This document shows positions 1-9,987 of a stretch of DNA of 64,000 nucleotides, piece by piece. Within the stretch, counting starts at the first letter, position 1, and each line of letters begins with the position of its first letter. Below the pieces are notes generated by a model. That model made no database searches and was not told where the DNA came from. It saw only the letters and a program-made list of their open reading frames with translations. Source of the DNA: Candidatus Poribacteria bacterium (lineage in GTDB: Bacteria > Poribacteria > WGA-4E > PCPOR2b); contig OZ220744.1 in assembly GCA_965116925.1 (NCBI GenBank), positions 2,240,001-2,304,000 on the forward strand, written 5' to 3'. The translations under genes and the position numbers were made by a program.

Positions 1-597
1 GCTCCAATCAGCAGCGGTCAATTGAATCTGCGGATGAGTTATAAAAATCAGGAAGCCGGAAAACCAGCCGACCAAACAGGGTAAAATTAAGCTTAAATAA
101 CCTCCAATCCACTTGCCCAAAATCAACATCGGTTTTGGAGCAGCGTTGGACGCCATCAGTGCTAAAGTCCCTGTTTCGCGTTCACCACAGACAGTATCGT
201 AGGCAAAAAGGATCGCCAAAAGCGACATCACAATCCCAATGATGAAAATCCAATCAACTGTTGTGAACAGCACAGAAAGAGGATTATCATTGATGGTCTC
301 TATGGTTTCGGGATAAAGATCGACTTCAAGCCGTGCGGAGCGCGCCGAATTGTTTTCAATTCCGGGAAAGAGTACTGAAAGTACCGATGGCTTTCGATCC
401 ACGATAACTAGTCCTTCGCTTTTTGTTTCAGTATGCAATTTAACGCGAGCATGGTAATCCGCGAGTTCCTGTGCGTAGTTATTTGAAAGCACAGAAGCAC
501 TGATAGTTGTCAATCCGAAGCTTAAAAGAAAAGCTATAAAGAAACGTAGCGTCGAAATTTTATCTAGGAATTCCTTCCGGATAATGGTGCTTAACAT
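1..597 (-). CDS. ABC-2-type transporter permease subunit (partial, runs off left edge)
   Basis: Not in the ORF track. Manual reverse translation from ATG at 597 gives MLSTIIRKEFLDKISTLRF..., with RBS GAGGAGG upstream. Paralog of 3192..4535 (shared AYDTVCGERETGTLAL, ILGKWIGGYLSL). Confidence 0.85.
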   Translation of the reverse strand, partial: MLSTIIRKEFLDKISTLRFFIAFLLSFGLTTISASVLSNNYAQELADYHARVKLHTETKSEGLVIVDRKPSVLSVLFPGIENNSARSARLEVDLYPETIETINDNPLSVLFTTVDWIFIIGIVMSLLAILFAYDTVCGERETGTLALMASNAAPKPMLILGKWIGGYLSLILPCLVGWFSGFLIFITHPQIQLTAADWS

Positions 598-650
598 ACC
601 AATTCCTCCTCATCAAGGATTGAAGTCCCAATTTTGGGGTTGGGAGTTAA

Positions 651-2135
651 CTATCGCCGAACCTCACATTTTGCGAATGCTATTGCAGCAAAAGCGAAAC
701 CGAGTCCCAGCCAGAATACGAGTAACAACAAGTCGATCCGAATCGCGTGTAGTGTATCGAAAAAAGGTAGTGTTTCAAAAGTAACACTCAGTTGACTCGC
801 AAGTAACAGGTCCTTTACGAGCCGAAATCTATCTTCCTGAACTTTCAATCGCCACTTCCGGTAAGCGTATGTCTCTTGAGGCGGTTTAGATTGGGACAAG
901 ATTTGTTTAGATGCTTCTAAAAGGGTTTGAATATTAGAGCCAAGTTGAGACTCATGTCCTTTTAACTGTGTATGATACTGTTTTTCATCTTTGATACCTG
1001 TCTGTGCCAGTCCTGTGGCGGCATACACATACGCGCCTGCTGGAGATAGCCGCGTAAAAAGCTGTGAAAGTGCCAACCGTTTTTGTCTTAGCGTGGCGTA
1101 GCGCTCGTCAATTCCTGTCAGGGTTTCCTCGATTTGAGGTTGTGCTTCTGGATGCCATTTCCCATAGCCGGGAATGTACTCTTCTGACGGTTTTTTCTTT
1201 TCTGCTTCGTCCTCAATTGCCCGCGCTGTTTTAAACTTTTCGGTATCAATTTGTTGTTGTGAAGGCACCTGTACCAATTGTTTGCCGACGAGCCAGCCGA
1301 TATTCGGGACAATCAGCGTTAAAACCACCCAAATCGCTAGCGACACCAGCACAGCTGTCGATGCCCGACTTGTCACAGCCGAAATTGATAATCCAATAAA
1401 GAAAAACACGCCGAGGTATCCAAGCGACGTTAGCAACAGGCTGAAAATCCGTAGCCAACCTTCACCACTGAGGGCTACGGACGGCGAAAGGACAAGTAGC
1501 AAGAGTGCTATCACTGATGCCACCAAAAATGGGAGTGCGATACTCAAGTAACCTCCTAGAAATTTGCCCAAAAGTGTCTGACCGCGGGAGACAGAATTCG
1601 ATAATATCAGTTGAAGGGTTCCCCGTTCGCGTTCACCAGCAATCGTGTCATACGCGAACAGAATCACGAGTAGAGATAGCACTACCTTGGTGAAGAACAG
1701 GAAGTCGGGTAGGGAGTACAGCGTAGCGGTTTTGTTTCTTTCTTGGGGATTACCTATGTCGGTTGCGGCTTTGTAGCCTGACTTACGGATGTTAAAGAAC
1801 TGGACGGGGCGATTCATCCGATCCTCAATGCCGCGGGCGAGAATGCCAAGTTCAACAGGGCGCCGATAGATACCGATAATATTAATCATGTCGCCCATAC
1901 TACTAAACACGATAGGCATTCCATCTTCATTGAGGTACATATATACGGCGACGGGAACTCCAGAGACGGTATCGTCCATGCGTGTCAGGTTGTAGCTTGA
2001 TAGCCTCGTCGAGTAATCCTTTAGTCCGAGCCAGACGCTCATCGTCAACAAAAGGGAACACAGCACGAATGCCAGCTTAATTTTATGGGTTTGCCAATTA
2101 TCATAAAGTTCCTTTTTTGCGATCAGCCAAATCAT
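651..2135 (-). CDS. ABC-2-type transporter permease subunit
   Basis: Likely start MIWLIAKKELYDNW after RBS GGAGG. Contains the AYDTIAGERERGTLQLILSN..GKFLGG motif and several TM helices. Confidence 0.85.
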   Translation of the reverse strand: MIWLIAKKELYDNWQTHKIKLAFVLCSLLLTMSVWLGLKDYSTRLSSYNLTRMDDTVSGVPVAVYMYLNEDGMPIVFSSMGDMINIIGIYRRPVELGILARGIEDRMNRPVQFFNIRKSGYKAATDIGNPQERNKTATLYSLPDFLFFTKVVLSLLVILFAYDTIAGERERGTLQLILSNSVSRGQTLLGKFLGGYLSIALPFLVASVIALLLLVLSPSVALSGEGWLRIFSLLLTSLGYLGVFFFIGLSISAVTSRASTAVLVSLAIWVVLTLIVPNIGWLVGKQLVQVPSQQQIDTEKFKTARAIEDEAEKKKPSEEYIPGYGKWHPEAQPQIEETLTGIDERYATLRQKRLALSQLFTRLSPAGAYVYAATGLAQTGIKDEKQYHTQLKGHESQLGSNIQTLLEASKQILSQSKPPQETYAYRKWRLKVQEDRFRLVKDLLLASQLSVTFETLPFFDTLHAIRIDLLLLVFWLGLGFAFAAIAFAKCEVRR

Positions 2136-2222
2136 TGAACACCTCCGTTTTTTGACCTTCTCTTCAGTGTTATAGAGAATCATCTGTCTACTTTACTTGG
2201 CAAAACTTAGTACAATGCACTA

Positions 2223-3035
2223 CTACTTCCTCAGATTGATGCTCCCATTTTCGGTTCGCAGCTCGACCATCGCCGACCCGCCCTCGCCAATTTTGCCTGA
2301 GAGCCGCTTTTTGGATGTGTCCGTGAAGGGCACAGAGAAATCGGAATGCACTCGCCCGGTAATGGTTTTGGCGTCAAGTTGACCAGAGAAATCTCCCGGT
2401 AACTTCAAGTTGATTGAACCGTTGCTCGTCCGCGCTGACACCGGGGCAACACCTTCGCGAATCTCTACATCAACAGAGCCATTACTAGTGACAAATGTCC
2501 CTTCCTCCGTTAATCGCTTGACTGATGCTTCGATCTTCCCGTTCCTAGTGACAGTGTGAATACGTCCCGCTCCACCGTGCAATTCGATCTTGCCGTTGGT
2601 CGTTGCGGCATCAACCGCACCATCCACGCCATTAATCTCTATCTTGTGGCTAGCTTTTAGGTTCACATCAATGGCGGACGGGCACTGAATTTCATAGTTG
2701 ATACTGACGCTGGTGCCCGATGGCGGTTTGGGATGTTTTTTGTAAATGTTTATTTCTGTTCCGCGTTGCTCGACGTGAATCTGAACCTTTTTCGCAAATT
2801 TCTCTGCATCTGCTCTGTTCCACGCACGGACCTGTTTGAAGGCGCGAACAATCACTTTATCTTGGGCTGAGCCTACAAGCGTAATCCTGCCGTTGGTGGT
2901 TTCTGCAGAGATGGCTGAGATATCTGCGCCATCAAGCGTCCAATCCAATTGTTCCGAGAATCTCCACTGCCAGACAATGATAAGGAGGGCAGATAGAAGC
3001 ACGACAGCCCAGATAAGGTGTCTATAGTGTTTCAT
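2223..3035 (-). CDS. DUF4097-like beta-strand repeat (putative adhesin) protein with N-terminal anchor
   Basis: Repeated TTNGxI/TSNGSV/TENGSI units and an N-terminal hydrophobic helix. Confidence 0.8.
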   Translation of the reverse strand: MKHYRHLIWAVVLLSALLIIVWQWRFSEQLDWTLDGADISAISAETTNGRITLVGSAQDKVIVRAFKQVRAWNRADAEKFAKKVQIHVEQRGTEINIYKKHPKPPSGTSVSINYEIQCPSAIDVNLKASHKIEINGVDGAVDAATTNGKIELHGGAGRIHTVTRNGKIEASVKRLTEEGTFVTSNGSVDVEIREGVAPVSARTSNGSINLKLPGDFSGQLDAKTITGRVHSDFSVPFTDTSKKRLSGKIGEGGSAMVELRTENGSINLRK

Positions 3036-3108
3036 GATTTATCTATCTCCTTCTAATGAAGTTTATTGTTGTATTGAAGTATCTATATGAACCGGTTATG
3101 CCGGGTGC

Positions 3109-3124
3109 TGCACAATTTTTGCCA
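3109..3124 (-). promoter_or_regulatory. sigma-54 (-24/-12) promoter
   Basis: Minus strand TGGCAAAAATTGTGCA has the exact GG-N10-GC spacing and lies ~75 bp upstream of the 3035 start. A homologous element sits at 6334-6349. Confidence 0.65.
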
Positions 3125-3191
3125 CTTTTGCAGATCGAACTAAACAGATTAAGGACAACAACCCCTATCATTTAGTTTTCAGGGCTCTGAA

Positions 3192-4535
3192 CTAGCGCTT
3201 CACATCGTACCGCATAAAGGCGGCGTATCCTCCTACCAAACATAGCCCTGTATATAGCAGCAGAAGGCTCAACGATCCGAGAGCAAGTTTCAATCGTTCA
3301 GGCACCGTTGGCTCAGTGTAGAAAAAAGTCGATTTTTCAGTTCCTTGCCCCGGTGATACTACCGTTTGGAAGTACGAGGGGGTATCGGCGAAATATTCGT
3401 TTTCAAATCGTTCCGTTGCTGCAATAAACTTGGCTTCGTTTTGGAAATGGCTTGCTGCCAATTGGGTCGCAAAAAACGTAAAGCAGGCATACGGCGACAG
3501 CGCTGCAATCCCTGCGGCGATTTGTTCCTGCCTTCGTATCTTGCGGTGATACGCTTGGGTAATGTTTGATAATGTCTTATCTTGGGCGGAAGTGGAACGT
3601 GCTTCAACATTTAATAGCAACTTCTTACCATCAGCCCATGTGAGTCGTTTGTCAATGACTTCTAGTGCAGCCGCATCATGCCACCTCTGGCGTTGATGCT
3701 CAATTTCGGTTTGTGCAAGTGTCATCTTGTGGGAATGGGTTGAGAAAGATGCAATCGGAGAGAAAGTTTTTGCGAGATTAGGACTCAGATTGGGAATGAC
3801 GAATACGAAAAGTGTCCAGAGAAACAACAGTACCACGATTGCCGTTGATGGACGCGTGGTTAGTGTGGAAATCAATATCCCCAGCGCGAAGAAGCAAGCT
3901 AAATACAACAAAGCTCCGATAATTATCAATCCCAACGCACTCCAATCTGTAACAGAGAGTTGAATATGTGGATGCATTGAAAGGATTAATAGACCAAGAA
4001 GCCATCCAACGCTGCAAGGCAAAATCAAACTGAAATAACCGCCAAGCCATTTGCCCAAAATCAACATCGGTTTTTTGATGGGCTGCGATGCTATCAACGC
4101 AAGTGTGCCCGTTTCGAGTTCGCCACAAACGGCATCGTAGGCAAAGAGGAGGGCTAAAAGCGACATTACAATGCCAATAATGAACGTCAAATCCACGGCG
4201 GGCAACAAAACAGAAAAAGGATTGTCATCGATGGTCTTGATGATTTTCGGCTGAAAGCCGATTAGCAGCCGCACAGATCGTGCTGCCCCCTTTGTAATCC
4301 CCTGAAACAGTGCTGTGAGAATTGACGGCTTTCTATCTACGGCTATCAACTGCTCGTTGCTCGTCTCGGCATGCATTTGGGTGCGGAGGCGATAATCCGC
4401 AAGTTCTTGCGCGTAGTCTTCTGAGAGTACGACGACACTAACGATTGTCAGTACGATACTCAAAATAAGCGCGACAAAGAAACGCAATGTTAAAACCTTT
4501 TCCAGAAACTCCTTTGTCGTGATTATCCATAACAT
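3192..4535 (-). CDS. ABC-2-type transporter permease subunit
   Basis: Likely start MLWIITTKEFLEK after RBS GGAGG. Contains AYDAVCGELETGTLAL and ends with AFMRYDVKR. Confidence 0.85.
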   Translation of the reverse strand: MLWIITTKEFLEKVLTLRFFVALILSIVLTIVSVVVLSEDYAQELADYRLRTQMHAETSNEQLIAVDRKPSILTALFQGITKGAARSVRLLIGFQPKIIKTIDDNPFSVLLPAVDLTFIIGIVMSLLALLFAYDAVCGELETGTLALIASQPIKKPMLILGKWLGGYFSLILPCSVGWLLGLLILSMHPHIQLSVTDWSALGLIIIGALLYLACFFALGILISTLTTRPSTAIVVLLFLWTLFVFVIPNLSPNLAKTFSPIASFSTHSHKMTLAQTEIEHQRQRWHDAAALEVIDKRLTWADGKKLLLNVEARSTSAQDKTLSNITQAYHRKIRRQEQIAAGIAALSPYACFTFFATQLAASHFQNEAKFIAATERFENEYFADTPSYFQTVVSPGQGTEKSTFFYTEPTVPERLKLALGSLSLLLLYTGLCLVGGYAAFMRYDVKR

Positions 4536-4546
4536 TGGATTTCCTC

Positions 4547-4683
4547 CCTGATGTGAAGTTGGTCCTAGGACGAAGTTATAGTAGATTTTGGAATTAATGA
4601 GACACTCCAAATCGGCGCAGTTGGAAACAGCGCATACCAAACATGGGGGGACCTGATGTGAAGTTGGTCCTAGGACGAAGTTA
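4547..4683. repeat. 32-bp perfect direct repeat flanking a truncated TATAGT-family MITE
   Basis: CCTGATGTGAAGTTGGTCCTAGGACGAAGTTA occurs at 4547-4578 and 4652-4683. The interior matches the repeat at 47713 and 53589. Confidence 0.85.
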
Positions 4684-4777
4684 AAGTGATATGTAGATTT
4701 CCGTAGTCTGGATGGGCACGTATAAATATAATTTATGTCGGAACCCTGCGGTTCTCAGGGAGCGATACGCGATAAAA

Positions 4778-6280
4778 TCACTGCCTTACCCCACATTTCA
4801 TAATTGCCAACATCGCGAAAGCGAAACTGAATCCCAACCAGAGCACGAGCAGCGATAAATCAAACCAAATTACGTTCAGAGTTTTGGGCAACGAAAGCAG
4901 ATTAAAAGTAAAACTTAGTTCGTTTTTGATTATATTTCTGACAGTCCGCCCTTCATATGAATTGATTTTCACCAGTCGGTCTCGGTGAGCGCGCGGTTCT
5001 TGAGGTAGATTTTTATATATCGGTGGTTGTTCTTCCGGCTTTTGCAGTAGAGCAAACGTTTCTTCGATAGTCGCGTCTAGTTGGGACTTATGCTGCCTTA
5101 ATTGTAAATGATAGAACTCTTCATCTTCAATACCTGTTTGCGCTAAGCCAGTGAAAGCGTGCACATACACCCCTGCGGGAGAAAATCGTGTAAGAATCTG
5201 TGAGAGTGTTAGCCGTTTTTGCCTCAGGTTAGCGTAGCGTTTTTCAATCTCTTGCCGTGCTTCCTCGATTTGAGTCTGCACTTCTGGATGAAACTTTCCG
5301 TAGCCCGGGACAAACATCCCCGACGGTTTTCTTCTTTCCGCATCATCCTCAATTTGCCGTGCTGTTTTGAACTTTTCCGTGTCAATCTGTTGTTGCGATG
5401 GCACTCTTACGACCTGTTTGGCGACAAGCCACCCTACATTTGGAACAACGAGCGTCAGAATAACCCAGATTGCTAGGGATATCAGCGCAGCGGTTGCCGC
5501 GCGTTGCGTCAGAGTTGAAATGAACAATCCGATAAAGAAAAACAGTGCGATATACCCGAGCGATGTTATCAGTAGCAGCAAAATCCGTAACCAGTTTTCT
5601 CCATCCAACGCAATTAGTGGGGTGCGTGCAAGCAGAAGGAAGGCTATCACCGCCGCCGCCAAAAATGGAAGGACAAGACTCAAATACCCTCCCAAAAACT
5701 TCCCCAATAGTACTTGACCCCGCGAAACAGAGTTGGAAAGCATCAGTTGCAGCGTTCCCTGTTCTCGTTCGCCGGCAATTGCGCTAAAGGTAAACAGTAT
5801 TGTAAGCAAAGACAACACCACTTTGACAACGAAGAGAAAATCAGGTGGTGAAAACAACACGAACAGCCTGTTTTTTTCCTGCAAGTTACCGGCGTCAATA
5901 GTTGCGTTATAGCCCCCCAAAATGTTGAACAGTCGAACGGGACGGTTCATTCGATCTTCGAGTCCTCTGGCGAAAATACTGAGTCCAACCGGGCGACGAT
6001 AGATACCAATGATGTCAACTATGCCGGCAGCACGGGTCGTACTATTCGGATTGAGCTTTCCCTCCTTATCGAAAAAAACATACGTCATGGCAGGTTTCCC
6101 AACACTCGCAAAGGTATTGGTATTGCGTGTCAAGTTGTAACCCAAAAGCCGTTCCGAATAATCTTTCAACCCAAGCCATACACTCATCGTCAGCAGAATG
6201 ACACATAGTAGAAAGGTCAAGGCGATTTTGTGGCTCTGCCAGTTGTCGTAAAGTTCTTTCTTTGCAATCAACCAGATCAT
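4778..6280 (-). CDS. ABC-2-type transporter permease subunit
   Basis: Close paralog of 651..2135 (MIWLIAKKELYDNWQ, VPSQQQIDTEKFKTAR). Confidence 0.85.
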   Translation of the reverse strand: MIWLIAKKELYDNWQSHKIALTFLLCVILLTMSVWLGLKDYSERLLGYNLTRNTNTFASVGKPAMTYVFFDKEGKLNPNSTTRAAGIVDIIGIYRRPVGLSIFARGLEDRMNRPVRLFNILGGYNATIDAGNLQEKNRLFVLFSPPDFLFVVKVVLSLLTILFTFSAIAGEREQGTLQLMLSNSVSRGQVLLGKFLGGYLSLVLPFLAAAVIAFLLLARTPLIALDGENWLRILLLLITSLGYIALFFFIGLFISTLTQRAATAALISLAIWVILTLVVPNVGWLVAKQVVRVPSQQQIDTEKFKTARQIEDDAERRKPSGMFVPGYGKFHPEVQTQIEEARQEIEKRYANLRQKRLTLSQILTRFSPAGVYVHAFTGLAQTGIEDEEFYHLQLRQHKSQLDATIEETFALLQKPEEQPPIYKNLPQEPRAHRDRLVKINSYEGRTVRNIIKNELSFTFNLLSLPKTLNVIWFDLSLLVLWLGFSFAFAMLAIMKCGVRQ

Positions 6281-6333
6281 TGAATATCTCCAACTGTATT
6301 GAGGCTATCCTGTGACGCTATTACGCCGCATGT

Positions 6334-6349
6334 TGCACAGATTTTGCCA
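6334..6349 (-). promoter_or_regulatory. sigma-54 (-24/-12) promoter
   Basis: Minus strand TGGCAAAATCTGTGCA has GG-N10-GC spacing and lies ~55 bp upstream of the 6280 start. Confidence 0.65.
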
Positions 6350-6400
6350 CTTTTTAGATTGAACTAGGCAGTTATCGCTTTCTTTTACAATCTATAATGA

Positions 6401-7369
6401 TTATCCTTTTTCTATGCTTTGTTCTAACCTTCCGATAATCGCTGCTGCTAGCAGCGGAATCATTATCTCGTGATGTCCCGTAAAAGTGTAACCCTTTCCA
6501 CCGGTGTCTGTTGGGCGTCTGATGACATTTTCTAATGGTCGATAGTGCTGAACCATGTCGAAATTCGCGGTGGTAAAATGTGTCACGTGATTTCCTAAGT
6601 TCCGTGCAACTGTTAGTGCTTTGAGAAAGACTTCTGGCAAAATAACTGCTGAGCCGAGATTTAGTACAACCCCACCGTCGCCTAGTTCAGCAACAATTGC
6701 GGTGAGCAGACGAAAATCGGTAAAGCTGGTTTGTCCAGTCGCTGCGCCATCCGCGGATGGGTGCTGATGAATAATGTCTGTTCCGATTGCGACATGCACC
6801 GTGATCGGAACCCCTAAACGGGCACCCGTAGCGAGGAGGCTATAATTGTTATATGGCGCGTCGAGTTGGATTAGCTTCTGACCCAGCCCTGCCCCCATAC
6901 CGATTCCGGTGTCAGCGGCGGCGCAAATGGCTTCATTCATCAAGCGTCCGGTTTCTTCGACCATACCAAATTGACCTGTTTGGAGGTATTGACCGACATC
7001 TTCGGAGGTTTCACCAATCAAAGCGATCTCGAAATCGTGGATGCTGGTAGCACCGTTGAAAGCCATCGCCGTGATAATACCGCGTTCCATCAAATCAATC
7101 AGAATGGGACTCAACCCGCATTTGATGACGTGCCCACCTAACATCACAATGATCGGTTTTTCCTGTTGATATGCCGCAACGATGAGATCTACGAATTCCA
7201 GAAATTCTGCAGCTTTAAGAATTTTCGGCAAAGCAGACAAAAATCCATCCACTTCGCCCCTTGACGGGCGAGCAGCGAAATCGCGGATTGAAACCTTGTT
7301 TTCGCGATTGGCAAGTGGATAGGTGGTGACGTTATCTAAATCGACGGGTTTCCAATTTTTCTTCATCAA
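6401..7369 (-). CDS. conserved hypothetical protein, deoxyhypusine-synthase-like fold
   Basis: GGHVIKCG, NGATSIHDFE, HVAIGTDIIH, GSAVILPEVFLKA and GHHEIMIP motifs recall the DHS-like family. Confidence 0.6.
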   Translation of the reverse strand: MMKKNWKPVDLDNVTTYPLANRENKVSIRDFAARPSRGEVDGFLSALPKILKAAEFLEFVDLIVAAYQQEKPIIVMLGGHVIKCGLSPILIDLMERGIITAMAFNGATSIHDFEIALIGETSEDVGQYLQTGQFGMVEETGRLMNEAICAAADTGIGMGAGLGQKLIQLDAPYNNYSLLATGARLGVPITVHVAIGTDIIHQHPSADGAATGQTSFTDFRLLTAIVAELGDGGVVLNLGSAVILPEVFLKALTVARNLGNHVTHFTTANFDMVQHYRPLENVIRRPTDTGGKGYTFTGHHEIMIPLLAAAIIGRLEQSIEKG

Positions 7370-7571
7370 AATCCTCTATGTTTGCCTTCTAAAGTGGCGC
7401 GCGGATAAACGCAATTTGCGCCGCAAAGAAGAATGGCTCATGTAAAAAGAAACTACAAAGCGCGAAGTGCCTCTTAGTACCCCCTCTGTCCACCCGCTCC
7501 AACTGACTGCACTGTATACGCAGGATCTCAGAGATTGTGGAAGAACAATAGGTTAGCCTCCACGAAATGCT

Positions 7572-7742
7572 CTATTGCAGAATGTCAGCACGTAGGAAAG
7601 AAAGGTATGCGCCAACGAACAACACCACCCCGAAGAGAATCAGCAACAACACATCCACCACCGCCGCGTTGAAGTCGCTACTGAGGCTCGCCCAATCTTG
7701 AAATTTTGGGATTGCCTCGAAGCGGACCGGTTCGTCGGACAT
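7572..7742 (-). CDS. 56-aa single-TM microprotein resembling the C-terminus of ABC-2 permeases
   Basis: Below the ORF-track cutoff. Sequence MSDEPVRFEAIPKFQDWASLSSDFNAAVVDVLLLILFGVVLFVGAYLSFLRADILQ, with RBS GGAAGGAAGG. Confidence 0.55.
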   Translation of the reverse strand: MSDEPVRFEAIPKFQDWASLSSDFNAAVVDVLLLILFGVVLFVGAYLSFLRADILQ

Positions 7743-7785
7743 ACCTTCCTTCCAACCGCCTTAATTGCGTACAGGCTGAGAGACT

Positions 7786-8247
7786 CTACTCTTCCATGCC
7801 CTCTTCCTGTTCTTTTTCCTCCGCTTCTGTCGTTGGGTCCTTTACAAGTCCCATTATTTTTTCGATGGTTTCATCGCTTACGTTCGATATCGGTCCGTTG
7901 ATAACAGGGGCATAAAAGTTATCTGAGTTACTCCCACTACCTTCCCCTAGACCTACCAATCCGGTTTGACCTTCAAGGCAAGCCACAAGTTGACTAGCTG
8001 CCAAGCGAGCGAGCAATACTTTTTCTCTGTCATTTGCCTTTTCAGGAACTTCTAAAGCAAGAGATTCCACATACGGATCGTCTATAAATCTGCTAACACT
8101 GGCATGCAGATTATTGTAACTCTTCACCGCGAAATCACCGGTGCCGTGATAAAGTTCCTTGTGGATGCTTGCCTCCAGATCATCTTTCAGGGCGCGTACC
8201 GGTGGAATCAGCCGGATAAGGGCTCTGAGATCTACTGTTTCAGCCAT
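7786..8247 (-). CDS. hypothetical protein, coupled to the ECF sigma factor
   Basis: Start MAETVDLRAL lies 1 bp after the sigma stop codon, with RBS AGGAG. Acidic tail, no TM segment. Confidence 0.7.
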   Translation of the reverse strand: MAETVDLRALIRLIPPVRALKDDLEASIHKELYHGTGDFAVKSYNNLHASVSRFIDDPYVESLALEVPEKANDREKVLLARLAASQLVACLEGQTGLVGLGEGSGSNSDNFYAPVINGPISNVSDETIEKIMGLVKDPTTEAEEKEQEEGMEE

Positions 8248-8248
8248 T

Positions 8249-8848
8249 TTAATTCTCCTTTTCGATGCCCAACGCCTCAAGGATTTCAGGCTTGAGCAGG
8301 TTTCGCAGGTTTTTCCTGCCGTAGAAAATTCGGGATTTGATGGTGCCGATGTCGGTCCCCATCGCCTCCGCGATTTGTGCATAAGTCAGATTTTCTTCAC
8401 AGTAAAGGATTATCGCCTGTCGCTGGATCTCTGGCAGACGGTCGATTGCTTTCTGCACCTCGGAGTAGAGCAGTCTCCAGTGGAGCTCCTCATCGGGTTG
8501 TTTGCGGCGATCTGTGAGGAACGAAGGATCGACAGCCGAATCTTCAGAAGCTGCGTATAGAGGGACAAACTGAAAGCGTCCCTGTCGTCGAAGCGTGTCG
8601 TAACAACGGTTGCGGACGACACGAAAGAGGAAAGGTCGTAGATGCTCACTTGATTTGAGTCGCTCAAGGTTCATGTAGAGCGCGAGAAATGCGTCCTGTA
8701 CAATATCATCTTCCGCTTCGCTAATTCCAACCAATCTACGGATAAAACGTCTAACCGACGGATCGAGTATTTCTTGTAATCGATCGAAGGCTGTGCGATT
8801 GCCCGCTTTTGCTTCCTCAAAGAGTTCATGTTCCCCGCGATCTGACAC
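8249..8848 (-). CDS. ECF-type RNA polymerase sigma-70 factor
   Basis: Region 2 (AEDDIVQDAFL..FLFRVVRNRCYD) and region 4 (LTYAQIAEAMGTDIGTIKSRIFYGR). GTG start after AGAGGAG. Confidence 0.9.
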   Translation of the reverse strand: MSDRGEHELFEEAKAGNRTAFDRLQEILDPSVRRFIRRLVGISEAEDDIVQDAFLALYMNLERLKSSEHLRPFLFRVVRNRCYDTLRRQGRFQFVPLYAASEDSAVDPSFLTDRRKQPDEELHWRLLYSEVQKAIDRLPEIQRQAIILYCEENLTYAQIAEAMGTDIGTIKSRIFYGRKNLRNLLKPEILEALGIEKEN

Positions 8849-8966
8849 CGATTCTCTCCTCTCTGTATTTAATAATACGGGGAAAATGAGGAATTGTTCA
8901 CTGAAAGGGTATTTTTCCGAAGATTTCTCATGAAGCATTTCTGGACAAATGAAAACCAAGACAGTC

Positions 8967-8996
8967 TTGACATGCTTTCGGATGATATGTTATAGT
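8967..8996 (+). promoter_or_regulatory. sigma-70 promoter of the rpsB operon
   Basis: TTGACA-18 nt-TATAGT with an extended -10 TG. Confidence 0.7.
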
Positions 8997-9030
8997 TACC
9001 CTGTTTTGAAGGTAGTTTGTTTGAATCAAT

Positions 9031-9097
9031 CACACTTCTTGATTTACACAGAAGGTTCTCTCTTTTAGGGAGTCTGATGTAAATGTGAGAGGAGTGG
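9031..9097 (+). promoter_or_regulatory. rpsB 5' leader hairpin (t44/S2 autoregulatory leader-like)
   Basis: Long imperfect stem (CACTTCT..ATTTACA.CAGA..TTTT..TCTG.TGTAAAT..GGAGTG) between the promoter and the rpsB RBS. Confidence 0.5.
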
Positions 9098-9132
9098 CAG
9101 CAAAAACCTAAAAGTTAGGTAAGGAGGTTCCT

Positions 9133-9987
9133 TTGAGAACGGTTACAATGAAAGAGCTACTGGAGGCGGGCGTTCATTTCGGGCATCAGTCACGGCGCTG
9201 GAACCCGAAGATGGCACCGTACATTTTTGCGGAACGGAATGGGATCTACATCATAGATCTCCAAAAAACGTTGCGTCTACTCCAGACAGCTTATGAATTT
9301 GTACAGGATGTTGCGGCACGGGGCGGAGCGGTGCTCTTTGTCGGAACGAAGAAGCAGACCCAAGAGACGGTTGCAGAAGAAGCAGCTAGATGTCAGATGT
9401 TTCATGTGAACCATCGCTGGTTGGGTGGCATGTTGACCAACTATGAGACGATTAGACGTAGTATCAGCCGGTTGATGAAGATAGAGGAAGACGAAGCGAA
9501 CGGAGTCTTTGAGCAGCTCCCTAAAAAGGAAGTGATGAGTCTCAGACGTGAAAAGACGAAGCTGGATAATAACCTTTCGGGCATCAAGACGATGGGGAAA
9601 CTTCCTGAAGCCGTTATTATTACGGATACGCGTAAGGAGCATATTGCGGTAAAAGAGGCGAATAAGCTGGGCGTTCCAGTAGTTGCAATCGTTGACACTA
9701 ACTGTGATCCGGATCCGATTGATTATCCGATTCCTGCGAATGATGATGCCATCCGGGCGATTAAGCTGATCTGTTCCGTGCTTGCAACCGCGGTTGTGGA
9801 AGGGCGGGGGAGTGCGTTAGAGGGGGCAGATGATGCGGAATCGCCATCAGAGGAAGCGAGCGAACCAGAAGTATCGGAATCAAAGTCTTCAACCGATGAA
9901 GGTAATATCGAGAATCAAGGATCCGATGATTCTCAGGAAGAGAGTCAAGCAGATTCACAGGCAGCGGATCAGGAGGATAACAGTTAA
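9133..9987 (+). CDS. rpsB: 30S ribosomal protein S2
   Basis: [22 protein letters not shown] and [10 protein letters not shown] motifs; acidic C-terminal extension. Confidence 0.98.
   Translation: MRTVTMKELLEAGVHFGHQSRRWNPKMAPYIFAERNGIYIIDLQKTLRLLQTAYEFVQDVAARGGAVLFVGTKKQTQETVAEEAARCQMFHVNHRWLGGMLTNYETIRRSISRLMKIEEDEANGVFEQLPKKEVMSLRREKTKLDNNLSGIKTMGKLPEAVIITDTRKEHIAVKEANKLGVPVVAIVDTNCDPDPIDYPIPANDDAIRAIKLICSVLATAVVEGRGSALEGADDAESPSEEASEPEVSESKSSTDEGNIENQGSDDSQEESQADSQAADQEDNS

Noticed and set aside
4547..4683. Possible two-repeat mini-CRISPR
   Set aside because: The 73-bp 'spacer' is a MITE fragment found several times in the window.
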